64,000 bases of DNA, from positions 35,914 through 99,913 of the forward strand of contig DASZZM010000026.1 of assembly GCA_035544895.1 (NCBI GenBank). The letters run 5' to 3'. The notes beneath the pieces are model-generated. The model was given only the letters and a program-made list of their open reading frames with translations. It had not been told where the DNA came from and made no database searches. This document shows, piece by piece, positions 17,754 through 25,964 of the stretch; the stretch's first letter is position 1; every line of letters starts with the position of its first letter. Position numbers and translations under genes: made by a program. The stretch is from Thermoanaerobaculia bacterium (GTDB lineage Bacteria; Acidobacteriota; Thermoanaerobaculia; Multivoradales; UBA5704).

Positions 17754-18842
17754 ATGCGTCACCAATACCTCTACCTCGACCCTGAGCTGATCCGGCAGCT
17801 CCTCGCCGGCCTCGACCTCTTGCGGCTGTTCAACCAGCTCGTGCTCGCCTCGGGCGGCGAGGTCGAGGAAGCGATGGACTGGATGCGCTATCTCCAGCGG
17901 CAAGGCTACCTGCCCGAAGAGCTCGACCTCGACCAGTTCTTCGGCTCGCTCGAAGAGCAGAACCTGGTCGGGCGCGACCGCGAAGGGGCGCTGCAGCTCA
18001 CCACCGGCGGCGAGCGGCGCATCCGCAAGAGCGCTTTCGAGGAGATCTTCTCCAAGCTCGACCGCGCCGGGCCGGGCTATCACCCCGTGCGCCAGTCGGG
18101 CGAGGGGATCGAGCGCCTGCCCGAGACCCGGCCTTACAAGTTCGGCGACGACATCCACCTGCTCGACTCGACCCGCTCCCTGGAAAACGCCATGCGGCGC
18201 ACCCACGGCGAGCTGACGCTCGCCGAAGACGATCTCGAGGTCTTCGAGACCGAGCACCTGACCACCTGCGCCACCGTGGTGGCGATCGACATCAGCCACT
18301 CGATGATCCTCTACGGCGAGGACCGCATCACCCCGGCGAAGACCGTGGCGCTGGCCTTGACCGAGCTGATCACCGGCAAGTACCCGAAAGACCACCTGTC
18401 GGTGATCCTCTTCGGCGACCGCGCCGAGCAGGTGGCTCTGACCGACCTCCCCTACATCCAGGCCGGCCCCTACCACACCAACACGCGCGAGGCGCTGCAG
18501 CTCGCGCGCGGCCTGCTGGCGCGCCAGAAGCAGCCCAACAAGCAGATCTTCCTGATCACCGACGGCAAGCCCTCGGCGATCACCGAGAACGGCCGCATCT
18601 ACAAGAACCCTTTCGGCCTCGACCTGCGCATCGTCAACCTGACTCTCGAAGAAGCCGACCAGTGCCGCCGCCAGAAGGTCGTGGTCACCACCTTCATGCT
18701 GGCGACCGACCCGATGCTCACCCAGTTCGTCGAAAAACTCACCCAGATCAATCGCGGCCGAGCCTACTTCGCCTCCCCCTACAACCTCGGCGAGTTCATC
18801 CTCGCCGACTACATCCGCAACCGCCGCCGGCGCATCCGGTAG
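17754..18842 (+). CDS. von Willebrand factor A (vWA) domain protein, partner of the ChlI-like ATPase.
   Basis: MIDAS-like motif VVAIDISHSM...TDG in the C-terminal half. Gene order ATPase then vWA, as in ChlI/BchD-like pairs. Confidence 0.8.
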   Translation: MRHQYLYLDPELIRQLLAGLDLLRLFNQLVLASGGEVEEAMDWMRYLQRQGYLPEELDLDQFFGSLEEQNLVGRDREGALQLTTGGERRIRKSAFEEIFSKLDRAGPGYHPVRQSGEGIERLPETRPYKFGDDIHLLDSTRSLENAMRRTHGELTLAEDDLEVFETEHLTTCATVVAIDISHSMILYGEDRITPAKTVALALTELITGKYPKDHLSVILFGDRAEQVALTDLPYIQAGPYHTNTREALQLARGLLARQKQPNKQIFLITDGKPSAITENGRIYKNPFGLDLRIVNLTLEEADQCRRQKVVVTTFMLATDPMLTQFVEKLTQINRGRAYFASPYNLGEFILADYIRNRRRRIR

Positions 18843-18922
18843 TCCGCAATCGTCACGCAGGGCCGTCGCGAATGCCATGGGCCACCCAAGAGCCTGATGG
18901 CTGCCGCCCACCGGGAGGCCAG

Positions 18923-19342
18923 GTGCTAGACTGCCCCCTCGTGAGCGCACCTCCCGCCCTGATCGCGGCCCTGCGCGGCGCCTTGGCCGGCCGCCGGGAT
19001 GTCCAGCTCGCCCTGCTCTTCGGCTCTCTCGCCCGGGGCCACGGCCGCCCCGATTCCGACGTCGACGTAGCCGTTCTGGGCACGGCAATCGACGAGCTCC
19101 AGCTCGCCGCCGACCTCAGCAAGGCAGCCCGGCGCGACGTGGATATCGTGCCGCTCGAAAGGGCCGGCTACCCTTTGCGGCGCGCCGTCCTGCGGGACGG
19201 GATCATTCTTCACGAGGGCAAGCCCGGGGCGGCCGCGCGCTGGTGGACCCGGGCCATCCTCGAAACCGAGACCGACCGGCCATGGTTCGAACGCATGCGC
19301 GACGCCTACCTGGAGCATCTTGCGGAAGGCGGCCATGGTTGA
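18923..19342 (+). CDS. Nucleotidyltransferase-fold protein (MNT-type antitoxin of a HepT/MNT pair).
   Basis: GSLARGHGRPDSDVDVAV (GSxxRG...DxD) motif. GTG start with GGGAGG upstream. Confidence 0.7.
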   Translation: MLDCPLVSAPPALIAALRGALAGRRDVQLALLFGSLARGHGRPDSDVDVAVLGTAIDELQLAADLSKAARRDVDIVPLERAGYPLRRAVLRDGIILHEGKPGAAARWWTRAILETETDRPWFERMRDAYLEHLAEGGHG

Positions 19343-19760
19343 TGCCGACCTGCTCTCCAGCAAGTTTCGGGAATTGAGTCGCCGGCTGGTGCAGATCAGG
19401 CGGCACTGCGCGCCTGATGCCGCCTCGCTGGCCGCCAACCCTGACGCTCTCGACCTGGTCTCCTTCAATCTCATGCTCGCCGTGCAGGCTTGCCTCGACA
19501 TCGCGAGCCACCTGATCGCGGATCAGCACTGGCTGCCGGCGGAGAGCCTGGGCGAGGCTTTCGAGCGCCTGGGCGAGCGCGGGGTTCTTACCCGCGCGAC
19601 GACCGAGGCGCTGCGTGGCGCCGCGGGGCTGCGCAACATCGTGGCGCATGGCTACGAAGGACCGAGGGCTGACCTGATCCACGCCGCCGCCACTGACGGG
19701 ATTCGAGATCTGGAACGCTTTGCCGCTGAGGTGAGCAGTTGGGTGCGCAGTCAACGGTAG
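19320..19760 (+). CDS. HepT (DUF86) family toxin, RNase-like.
   Basis: Conserved RNIxxHxY motif (LRNIVAHGY). Overlaps the MNT gene. The true start may be the ATG at 19335. Confidence 0.75.
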   Translation: MRKAAMVDADLLSSKFRELSRRLVQIRRHCAPDAASLAANPDALDLVSFNLMLAVQACLDIASHLIADQHWLPAESLGEAFERLGERGVLTRATTEALRGAAGLRNIVAHGYEGPRADLIHAAATDGIRDLERFAAEVSSWVRSQR

Positions 19761-19788
19761 ACCTGGGCGCTTGGAAAGGAGAGGCGAG

Positions 19789-20505
19789 ATGACCATTGCC
19801 AAGAGCCGGCTTTTGTCACCGGTCGTGCATCCAGCCTCGTGCCAGGTCCCGCCCGCGGCCACTGGCGGAGCAGCAAATCCGGCGCCGTGCCCGGCCCGGG
19901 TTCCGAGATCGGCTGTCGCCCGGACGGCGAGTCGGGCCTCGACCCTGATCCTCGCCCTGGCGACCCTGCTTGCCGGCGGATGCGGCCAGGGAGGCGGCGG
20001 GAAGGCCGGGCAGCGGGCTGGCCCGGCGGCCAAGGGGGACAAGACCTTCTCCGGGACCCAGCCGGCCCAGGTCGATGCTTGCGAGCTGCTCCCGCCGGCG
20101 GACGTGCAGGCGGTGTCCAGGGACGTGGCGGGGTCGCTGAGCAGCACCCTCGACGACGCGGTGGGACACGACCCCACGCAGTGCACCTACGGCCTGGCCG
20201 GAGGGGCGCCGCCCAAAGTGGTGGGCCTGGTCATCCGCCAATCCGCGGCCCCTGAGCAGGCGGCGCGCCTGCACGAGGCCGCCGAGGCCGGCCTGGGCTC
20301 GCTGGCGGGCTCTCGGGTCGAGCCGCTCGCCGGGCTCGGCGACGGCGCCTTCTGGGTGGGCGGGCGCCTGCAACAGCTCCATGTCCGCAAGGGCGCCACC
20401 CGGCTGATCTTCACCGTCCAGCTCGACAAGGACGCCCTTCCCGCGGCCAAGACCCTCGCCGCCAAGGCCCTCGCCCGCCTGGCCGCCGCCAAGCCGTCTC
20501 CCTAG
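19789..20505 (+). CDS. Lipoprotein of the DUF3558-like type. Paralog of 21082..21627.
   Basis: Lipobox LLAGGC. Conserved DACELLPPADVQAV and TQCTYGLAGG blocks are shared with the downstream paralog. Start uncertain. Confidence 0.5.
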   Translation: MTIAKSRLLSPVVHPASCQVPPAATGGAANPAPCPARVPRSAVARTASRASTLILALATLLAGGCGQGGGGKAGQRAGPAAKGDKTFSGTQPAQVDACELLPPADVQAVSRDVAGSLSSTLDDAVGHDPTQCTYGLAGGAPPKVVGLVIRQSAAPEQAARLHEAAEAGLGSLAGSRVEPLAGLGDGAFWVGGRLQQLHVRKGATRLIFTVQLDKDALPAAKTLAAKALARLAAAKPSP

Positions 20506-20561
20506 ACCGGCCGCGGGCCAGCCTCGCGCGCCGCCGGGCACAGTGGTACCTTGTTATCACC

Positions 20562-21026
20562 ATGATACGGACCCAGATCAGCCTGTCTGAAGCAGACTAC
20601 AGCGCTGCCAAGCGCGAGGCTCAGCGGCTGGGGATCTCCTTAGCAGAGTTGCTGCGCAGGTCCCTCCGCGGGATCTTGCCGGTAGACGAGTCGAAGCCAT
20701 GGATGCGCCATGCGGGCTTGGTCGAATCCGAGGACCCGCAATCCAGTCAGCGCATCAACGACATCGTCTATGGCCAGAAGGACTTGGAACAACAAGTGAG
20801 CCAGCGGGAGGTCAACCAGCATCTGACCCGCTATGTGAAGGCGGCCGAAGCCGGGGAACGGATTGTCATCACGCGGCGTGGCAGACCTGTGGCCGTTCTC
20901 TCTCCGTTGCCTTCGCGGGAGACGCCTCTGGACGCGGCACAGGAGACGGCGCTGGAGCGCATCCTCGGCCAGAGCCATCACCTGGGCGGTCGGGCGCCAT
21001 CGCGGGACGAGCTGCATGAGCGTTGA
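20562..21026 (+). CDS. Two-domain antitoxin-like protein: a ribbon-helix-helix (CopG-like) N-terminal domain fused to a Phd/YefM-type domain.
   Basis: Residues 1-60 (MIRTQISLSEADYSAAKREAQRLGISLAELLRRSL) fit an RHH domain. Residues ~75-154 (VSQREVNQHLTRYVKAAEAGERIVITRRGRPVAVLSPLP) fit a Phd/YefM domain. Both are in one frame with no stop between them. No toxin gene is adjacent. Confidence 0.55.
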   Translation: MIRTQISLSEADYSAAKREAQRLGISLAELLRRSLRGILPVDESKPWMRHAGLVESEDPQSSQRINDIVYGQKDLEQQVSQREVNQHLTRYVKAAEAGERIVITRRGRPVAVLSPLPSRETPLDAAQETALERILGQSHHLGGRAPSRDELHER

Positions 21027-21081
21027 GCGCCTCAGCCTCGACTCCAACAGCAGCCGCGTCACGCGCCAATCGTTGGCAGCC

Positions 21082-21627
21082 ATGAAACGACCTCGATCGC
21101 GGCTCGTCACGCCGCCAGCCGTCATGCTGCTGCTCCTGGTCTCGTCGGTCGCCGCTTGCCGGGGCAGGACCGCCGGGCCGTCGGCAAGCGTCATGACCGA
21201 CGCCTGCGGCCTGCTCACGCAAGCGGACGCCGAGGCGCTGCTGGGCGGGCCGGTCACTCCGCCGCAGACGGGCAGCACCGCGGCGCCGGGGACGGTCTCT
21301 TCGACGCGCTGCAGCTACCTGTCGGCATCCGGCAGCCCGGTCAAGGTGGTGACCTTGCTGCTCAGGCGTTATGCCTCCCCGGCGGCGGCCGCCGACGCCT
21401 ACGAACGGGCGCTGGCGATGTCGCGGTCCATCTCGGGGGCCGAGCCGGCGGACGAAGCCGGTCCCTCTCTCGGCGGTCAGCGGGCCTACTGGGCCGGCGG
21501 CACGGTCAACCAGCTCAACGTCCTGCGCGACGACGCCTGGCTGATCATCGGCAGCAGTCTCGGCCCCGGGCTCGACCAGCGGTCCTCCTCGCGCGCGGTC
21601 GCCGCCAGGATCCTGACCCCGCGGTAG
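21082..21627 (+). CDS. Lipoprotein of the DUF3558-like type. Paralog of 19789..20505.
   Basis: Signal plus lipobox LVSSVAAC. DACGLLTQADAEAL and TRCSYLSASG blocks. Confidence 0.5.
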   Translation: MKRPRSRLVTPPAVMLLLLVSSVAACRGRTAGPSASVMTDACGLLTQADAEALLGGPVTPPQTGSTAAPGTVSSTRCSYLSASGSPVKVVTLLLRRYASPAAAADAYERALAMSRSISGAEPADEAGPSLGGQRAYWAGGTVNQLNVLRDDAWLIIGSSLGPGLDQRSSSRAVAARILTPR

Positions 21628-21693
21628 CGCCCGCGGTCGCGGCCGCCGCAAGCCGCAACGCCTGCTTCCCATGGCGCACAGTGATCTTCTCGC

Positions 21694-22212
21694 TCACGCC
21701 GGCCTGATCTCCTCGCCGGGGCCGAGCTCCGGCGGCTGGGCGTGCCGCATCCGCCGGGCGCGCTGCCGCAGGACCTCGTACACCGCGACTCCGACCGAGG
21801 TCGAAAGGTTGAGAGAGCGCAGCGCCGGGTCAGCCATCGGGATCGACACCAGGCGATCGCGGTAGCGCTTGCGCAGCACGAGCGGGAGCCCGGCGCTCTC
21901 CTTGCCGAAGACCAGCACCACCCGCTCGGGATAATCGACGCTCCACAGGTCGCGCGACGATTCCGAGGTAAAGAAGAACGGCTCGCCCATCTCGGCAAGA
22001 TGCTCCTCCAGCTCGTCCCAGGCCGGCCAGACTCTAGGCTGGACGCGCGGCCAGTAGTCGAGGCCGGCGCGGCGCACCTCCCTGTCGTCGAGGGAGAAGC
22101 CCAGCGATTCGACCAGGTGCAAGCGTGCGCCCGCCGCCAGGCACGTGCGGCCCGCGTTGCCCGTGTTCCAGTGGATCTCGGGCTCCACAAGCACAACGTG
22201 CAAGCTGTCCAC
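21694..22212 (-). CDS. trmL: SpoU/TrmL-family tRNA 2'-O-methyltransferase.
   Basis: LHVVLVEPEIHWNTGNAGRTC at the N-terminus and the SpoU motif SLNLSTSVGVAVYE near the C-terminus. GTG start inferred. Confidence 0.7.
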   Translation of the reverse strand: MDSLHVVLVEPEIHWNTGNAGRTCLAAGARLHLVESLGFSLDDREVRRAGLDYWPRVQPRVWPAWDELEEHLAEMGEPFFFTSESSRDLWSVDYPERVVLVFGKESAGLPLVLRKRYRDRLVSIPMADPALRSLNLSTSVGVAVYEVLRQRARRMRHAQPPELGPGEEIRPA

Positions 22213-22344
22213 GCCCCAGAGCTTACTCCCCTTACCGCGCCCCCGCCCCTCGCAGCAGGCAAGTTCGTTCTCGAGCGGCGCGGGCGAGTGGACTGTGCGA
22301 CACTGAGAATTCCTGGTGTCGGTGCATGGACGGCGGGAATCTCG

Positions 22345-23130
22345 ATGACCGACGAGCGCTATCGCGGTGAAGGGGAAGACAGGGGCCGCGACGAGGAGCG
22401 CTACGGTGATTTCTTCGCCTTCGCGGGCAGGAGCGCCGTCCTCGGCCGCATCTGGCGGGGAGTCTTCGGCGCCGAGTATCCCGAGGAGCTGGAGCCCTTC
22501 GGCTTCGTCACCCTTTCCGACCTCGGGCGGATCCGAGACGCGCTGGCCATCGGCCATGGCGACCTCCTGGTCGACCTCGGCTGCGGCAAAGGCGGGCCAG
22601 GACTGTGGGTCGCGCGCGAGCTGGGAGCCCGGCTGGTGGGGATCGACGTCCTCGCGGCCGCCGTCGCGCAGGCGCGCCGCTTCGCTCGCCAGTTCGAGCT
22701 GGCCTTCCCTGGCAGGTTCGAGACCGGCAGCTTCGTTCACACCCGCCTCCCCGATGCTTCCGCCGGGGCGGTCATGAGCGTCGACAGCTTCTGGATGGTG
22801 GCCGACCCCGACGCCGCCCTGGAGGAGGTCAGGCGAGTGCTGGCCTCCCGCGCGCGCTTCGTCTTCACCACCTGGGAGCCTCTGCTCTCGGACCTCCGCG
22901 CTCAGCTCTCCGACCATGGCTTCGAGGTGCTGGCCTATGACGAGACCCCGGGCTGGCTGGAGCGGCAGCTCGCGGTCTATGAGCAGCTCCTGGCCAGCCG
23001 CGACGAGCTGTTGCAGGAGATCGGCGCGGGACCCGCGTCCATCCTCATCTCCGAAGCCGAGTCCGTGCCCGCCATCCTCCCGAACACTCCGCGCGTCCTC
23101 GTCGTTGCCGAGAGAGCCAGCTCCGGGTAG
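22345..23130 (+). CDS. Class I SAM-dependent methyltransferase.
   Basis: Glycine-rich motif LLVDLGCGKGGPG and the downstream acidic-loop pattern of a Rossmann-fold methyltransferase. Confidence 0.7.
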   Translation: MTDERYRGEGEDRGRDEERYGDFFAFAGRSAVLGRIWRGVFGAEYPEELEPFGFVTLSDLGRIRDALAIGHGDLLVDLGCGKGGPGLWVARELGARLVGIDVLAAAVAQARRFARQFELAFPGRFETGSFVHTRLPDASAGAVMSVDSFWMVADPDAALEEVRRVLASRARFVFTTWEPLLSDLRAQLSDHGFEVLAYDETPGWLERQLAVYEQLLASRDELLQEIGAGPASILISEAESVPAILPNTPRVLVVAERASSG

Positions 23131-23305
23131 GGGACCCGGCGCTTTCCGGGCTCGATTCGAACCGAGCGGGCACTACTTACATGGAGGAGTCCGTGCGCCG
23201 TCGGTCGCGAAGCCGTGCCTGCCGCCATTCCTGTATCGTCAAAGCGAACCACGCGGAGCGCCGGGCCCGGGGAGCGGCCTCCGCGCCAGATCGAGGAGAG
23301 TTGCG

Positions 23306-24769
23306 ATGGCGGCGAGCCGGCGTGATTTCTTTCGTCTCGGAGTCGGCGTGGCCGCGGGCTGGGTGGCGGCGCGACGGGGCAGCGCCGCCTCTGCTCAGCC
23401 GGCGCGCGGCGGCGGCGGAGCATCGGTTCCGTCCAGCGCCGCCGCAACGGAGCGCTCGCCGGTTTCTCCCGGCCTGCTCCCCGTGACGACTCCCGACCTG
23501 CCCAGGCTCCCCTGGACGCTGGACGACGGAGTCAAAGTGTTCCACCTCGCCTGCGACGTGGTGAAGAGCCGGTTCGTGCCCTGGAGGGAGTTCAACACCT
23601 GGGGATATAACGGCTCGACGCCCGGGCCGACCGTCGAGGCCGTGGAGGGTGACCGGGTACGCTTCGTGGTCGAGAACCGGCTGCCCGAGGCGACCACCCT
23701 GCACTGGCATGGGCTGGCGGTGCCGCACGCCATGGATGGCGCCGAGGGGATCAGCCAGGGCCTGATCCCTGCCGGCGGCAAGTTCGTCTACGAGTTCACT
23801 CTCCGCCAGCACGGCACGTTTTTCTATCACTCGCACCGCCCCATGCAGCAGATGATGGGCATGGTCGGCCTGTTCCTGATTCACCCCCGGCAACCCTACG
23901 AGCCGCCGGTTGACCGCGACTTCGCCTGGATCCTTCAAGGCTGGGCGGCGCTGCCCGGTAACCCCACGCCCAACAGCATGTCCATGGAGTTCAACTGGCT
24001 GACGATGAACGGCAAGTCGGCTCCTGCCACCACGCCGGCGCTGTGCCGGCTCGGCGAGCGGGTGCGGTTGCGCTTCGTCAACCTCGGCATGGACCACCAC
24101 CCCATGCATCTCCACGGCCACACCTGGGTGGTCACCGGCACCGAAGGAGGGCGCATCCCCGCCGCGGCCTGGACGCCGGGCAACACCGAGCTCGTCGGGG
24201 TAGCCCAGGCGCGCACCGTCGAGCTGGTGGCCGACAACCCGGGCGACTGGATGATCCACTGCCACCTGCCCCACCACATGATGAACGCCATGTCCTCGCG
24301 GGTCGGCCCTCTCACGGCTCCGGGCGCCGGCCTCCCCGCGGACGGCCGCATGGAAGAAGGGATGGGCATCCAGAGCAGAGGCCATGCCCTCGACCCCGAG
24401 ATGGGGCCGAGCCTGGGGCGCACGACCGGCGTGAACGCCGCGGAGCTGGTCCCGCATGCGGCCGGGCCGGCGAGCGATGCGACAACGGGGCACGCCGCCC
24501 ATCACCGCGGCGGCGAGCGCGCCGCTTCCGACGCCCGCTCCGCGCCAGGCTACCCGCAGGACATGTTCATGGTGATGGACGACCGGATCGCCAAGCCCGA
24601 AACCCATGGCCTGCGCCCTGGCTGGACCGGCGGCATGATGGGGATGATGACCCTGCTGCGTGTCCTGCGCCCCGATCAGTACGACGAGATCATGGCCCTC
24701 GAGGCGCGGCAGGACGCCGCCTCGCCGCCCGCCGCGGACCGCGGCCAGGCGCCCGGGGGCCGCAAGTGA
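23306..24769 (+). CDS. Multicopper oxidase (CopA/CueO-like), Tat-secreted.
   Basis: Twin-arginine signal RRDFFRLG. Copper-centre motifs HWHG, HSH, HLHGH and HCHLPHHMMNAM. A Met/His-rich C-terminal region. Confidence 0.85.
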   Translation: MAASRRDFFRLGVGVAAGWVAARRGSAASAQPARGGGGASVPSSAAATERSPVSPGLLPVTTPDLPRLPWTLDDGVKVFHLACDVVKSRFVPWREFNTWGYNGSTPGPTVEAVEGDRVRFVVENRLPEATTLHWHGLAVPHAMDGAEGISQGLIPAGGKFVYEFTLRQHGTFFYHSHRPMQQMMGMVGLFLIHPRQPYEPPVDRDFAWILQGWAALPGNPTPNSMSMEFNWLTMNGKSAPATTPALCRLGERVRLRFVNLGMDHHPMHLHGHTWVVTGTEGGRIPAAAWTPGNTELVGVAQARTVELVADNPGDWMIHCHLPHHMMNAMSSRVGPLTAPGAGLPADGRMEEGMGIQSRGHALDPEMGPSLGRTTGVNAAELVPHAAGPASDATTGHAAHHRGGERAASDARSAPGYPQDMFMVMDDRIAKPETHGLRPGWTGGMMGMMTLLRVLRPDQYDEIMALEARQDAASPPAADRGQAPGGRK

Positions 24770-25950
24770 AGATCCGGCGCCGGCGCCTCGCCACCTTCGC
24801 AGCCCTGGCCGCCCTGGCCGAGATTGTCGCGATCTCGGCGCTGCCTGCCGCCATCGCGGCCTCGGCCGGGTCCGCCACGCTCACGGCCTCCGCCGTTCCT
24901 CCCTCCGCGGCCGCGCCGCCCGTCGTCCGCCTGGCGGATGCCGAGAAGCAGGCCTTGCTGCACAACCAGGCCATGGCTGCCGCCGAGGCGGCGCTGCGCA
25001 GCGTCGACGAGCAGATCAAGAGGGCTGGCTCCCCTGGCTCCAATACCGCCCTGGGCCGCAAGCTCACGCAGACGCGCGCCCAGCTTCTGGCCGAGCGGCA
25101 GCGCATGGCGGTGAAGTTCCGCACCCTGTACTTCCATACCCTGCACGATCAGCGGCGTCTCGAGTTGCGCGGGCGGCTCGCGCGGGTGGCGCGCGAGGCG
25201 GCCGGCGTCACCGATCAGCTCTGGAACGTCGGAGCCGCGGACCGCCCCGACCGTCTGGCGATCGAAAACGAGGCGCAGGTGCTCGAAGCCGCCGCCGCCG
25301 CGGCCCAGATCGAGCTCGACGAGCTGCGCACGGTCCTCGAGGCGACGATCGGCGACCCGTCGCTCGACCTGCGGCACCTGGATGGGGATCTCGTCGCCGA
25401 GATGCCCAAGATCGATCGCGAGGAGTGGCGGCAGCGCCTGCTGCGCGAAAGCCCCTCCCTGCTGGGGATCCGCGCCGAGATCGCCCAGCAGGAGGAGGCG
25501 CTGGCACGGGCGCGCCGCGACCCCGGGGCGACGGGGACCGCCGCGGCGGAGGCGGCGCTGGCCCAGGCCCGGCTGCGCGCCGAGCAGGTCCGCATCACCA
25601 TCGAGGTCAGCTTTGCCGAGACCTACGGAGGCTACCGCTCGGCGGCCCGGCAAGTCGAGTCCTACTACGGCGGCGTCCTGGCGCGGGCGGAGCGCGCCTA
25701 TGAGGAGACGCTGCATCAATACCAGCAGATGACGGCTGCCTATCCACAGGTGCTGATCGCCAGGCGCAACCTCTTCCAGATGGAGGACGCGGCCCTCGAC
25801 GCTCTGCAGAGAGCCTGGTCGTACGCGATCGACATCCAGGCGCTGCTGTCGTACGAGCTGCCGCAGAACCTGGCTCCCCCCCTCGCCCCTGCCGCCCCCA
25901 GCCAGGCAACACCCCCACCCGGCGGCCGCGGCGCGAGCGGGCGCGACTGA
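24766..25950 (+). CDS. TolC-like outer-membrane efflux protein, shorter than canonical TolC.
   Basis: Signal peptide, then heptad-rich coiled-coil segments and a C-terminal region typical of outer-membrane efflux proteins. GTG start overlapping the multicopper-oxidase stop. It ends 15 bp before the NRPS start. Confidence 0.55.
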   Translation: MKIRRRRLATFAALAALAEIVAISALPAAIAASAGSATLTASAVPPSAAAPPVVRLADAEKQALLHNQAMAAAEAALRSVDEQIKRAGSPGSNTALGRKLTQTRAQLLAERQRMAVKFRTLYFHTLHDQRRLELRGRLARVAREAAGVTDQLWNVGAADRPDRLAIENEAQVLEAAAAAAQIELDELRTVLEATIGDPSLDLRHLDGDLVAEMPKIDREEWRQRLLRESPSLLGIRAEIAQQEEALARARRDPGATGTAAAEAALAQARLRAEQVRITIEVSFAETYGGYRSAARQVESYYGGVLARAERAYEETLHQYQQMTAAYPQVLIARRNLFQMEDAALDALQRAWSYAIDIQALLSYELPQNLAPPLAPAAPSQATPPPGGRGASGRD

Positions 25951-25964
25951 CCGAGGCCGACGGA

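Noticed and set aside
20562-21026. Two separate small antitoxin genes (RHH and Phd).
   Set aside because: Both domains are in the same frame with no intervening stop codon. A separate downstream gene would require an internal GTG start while the upstream gene reads through, so a single fusion ORF is more parsimonious.
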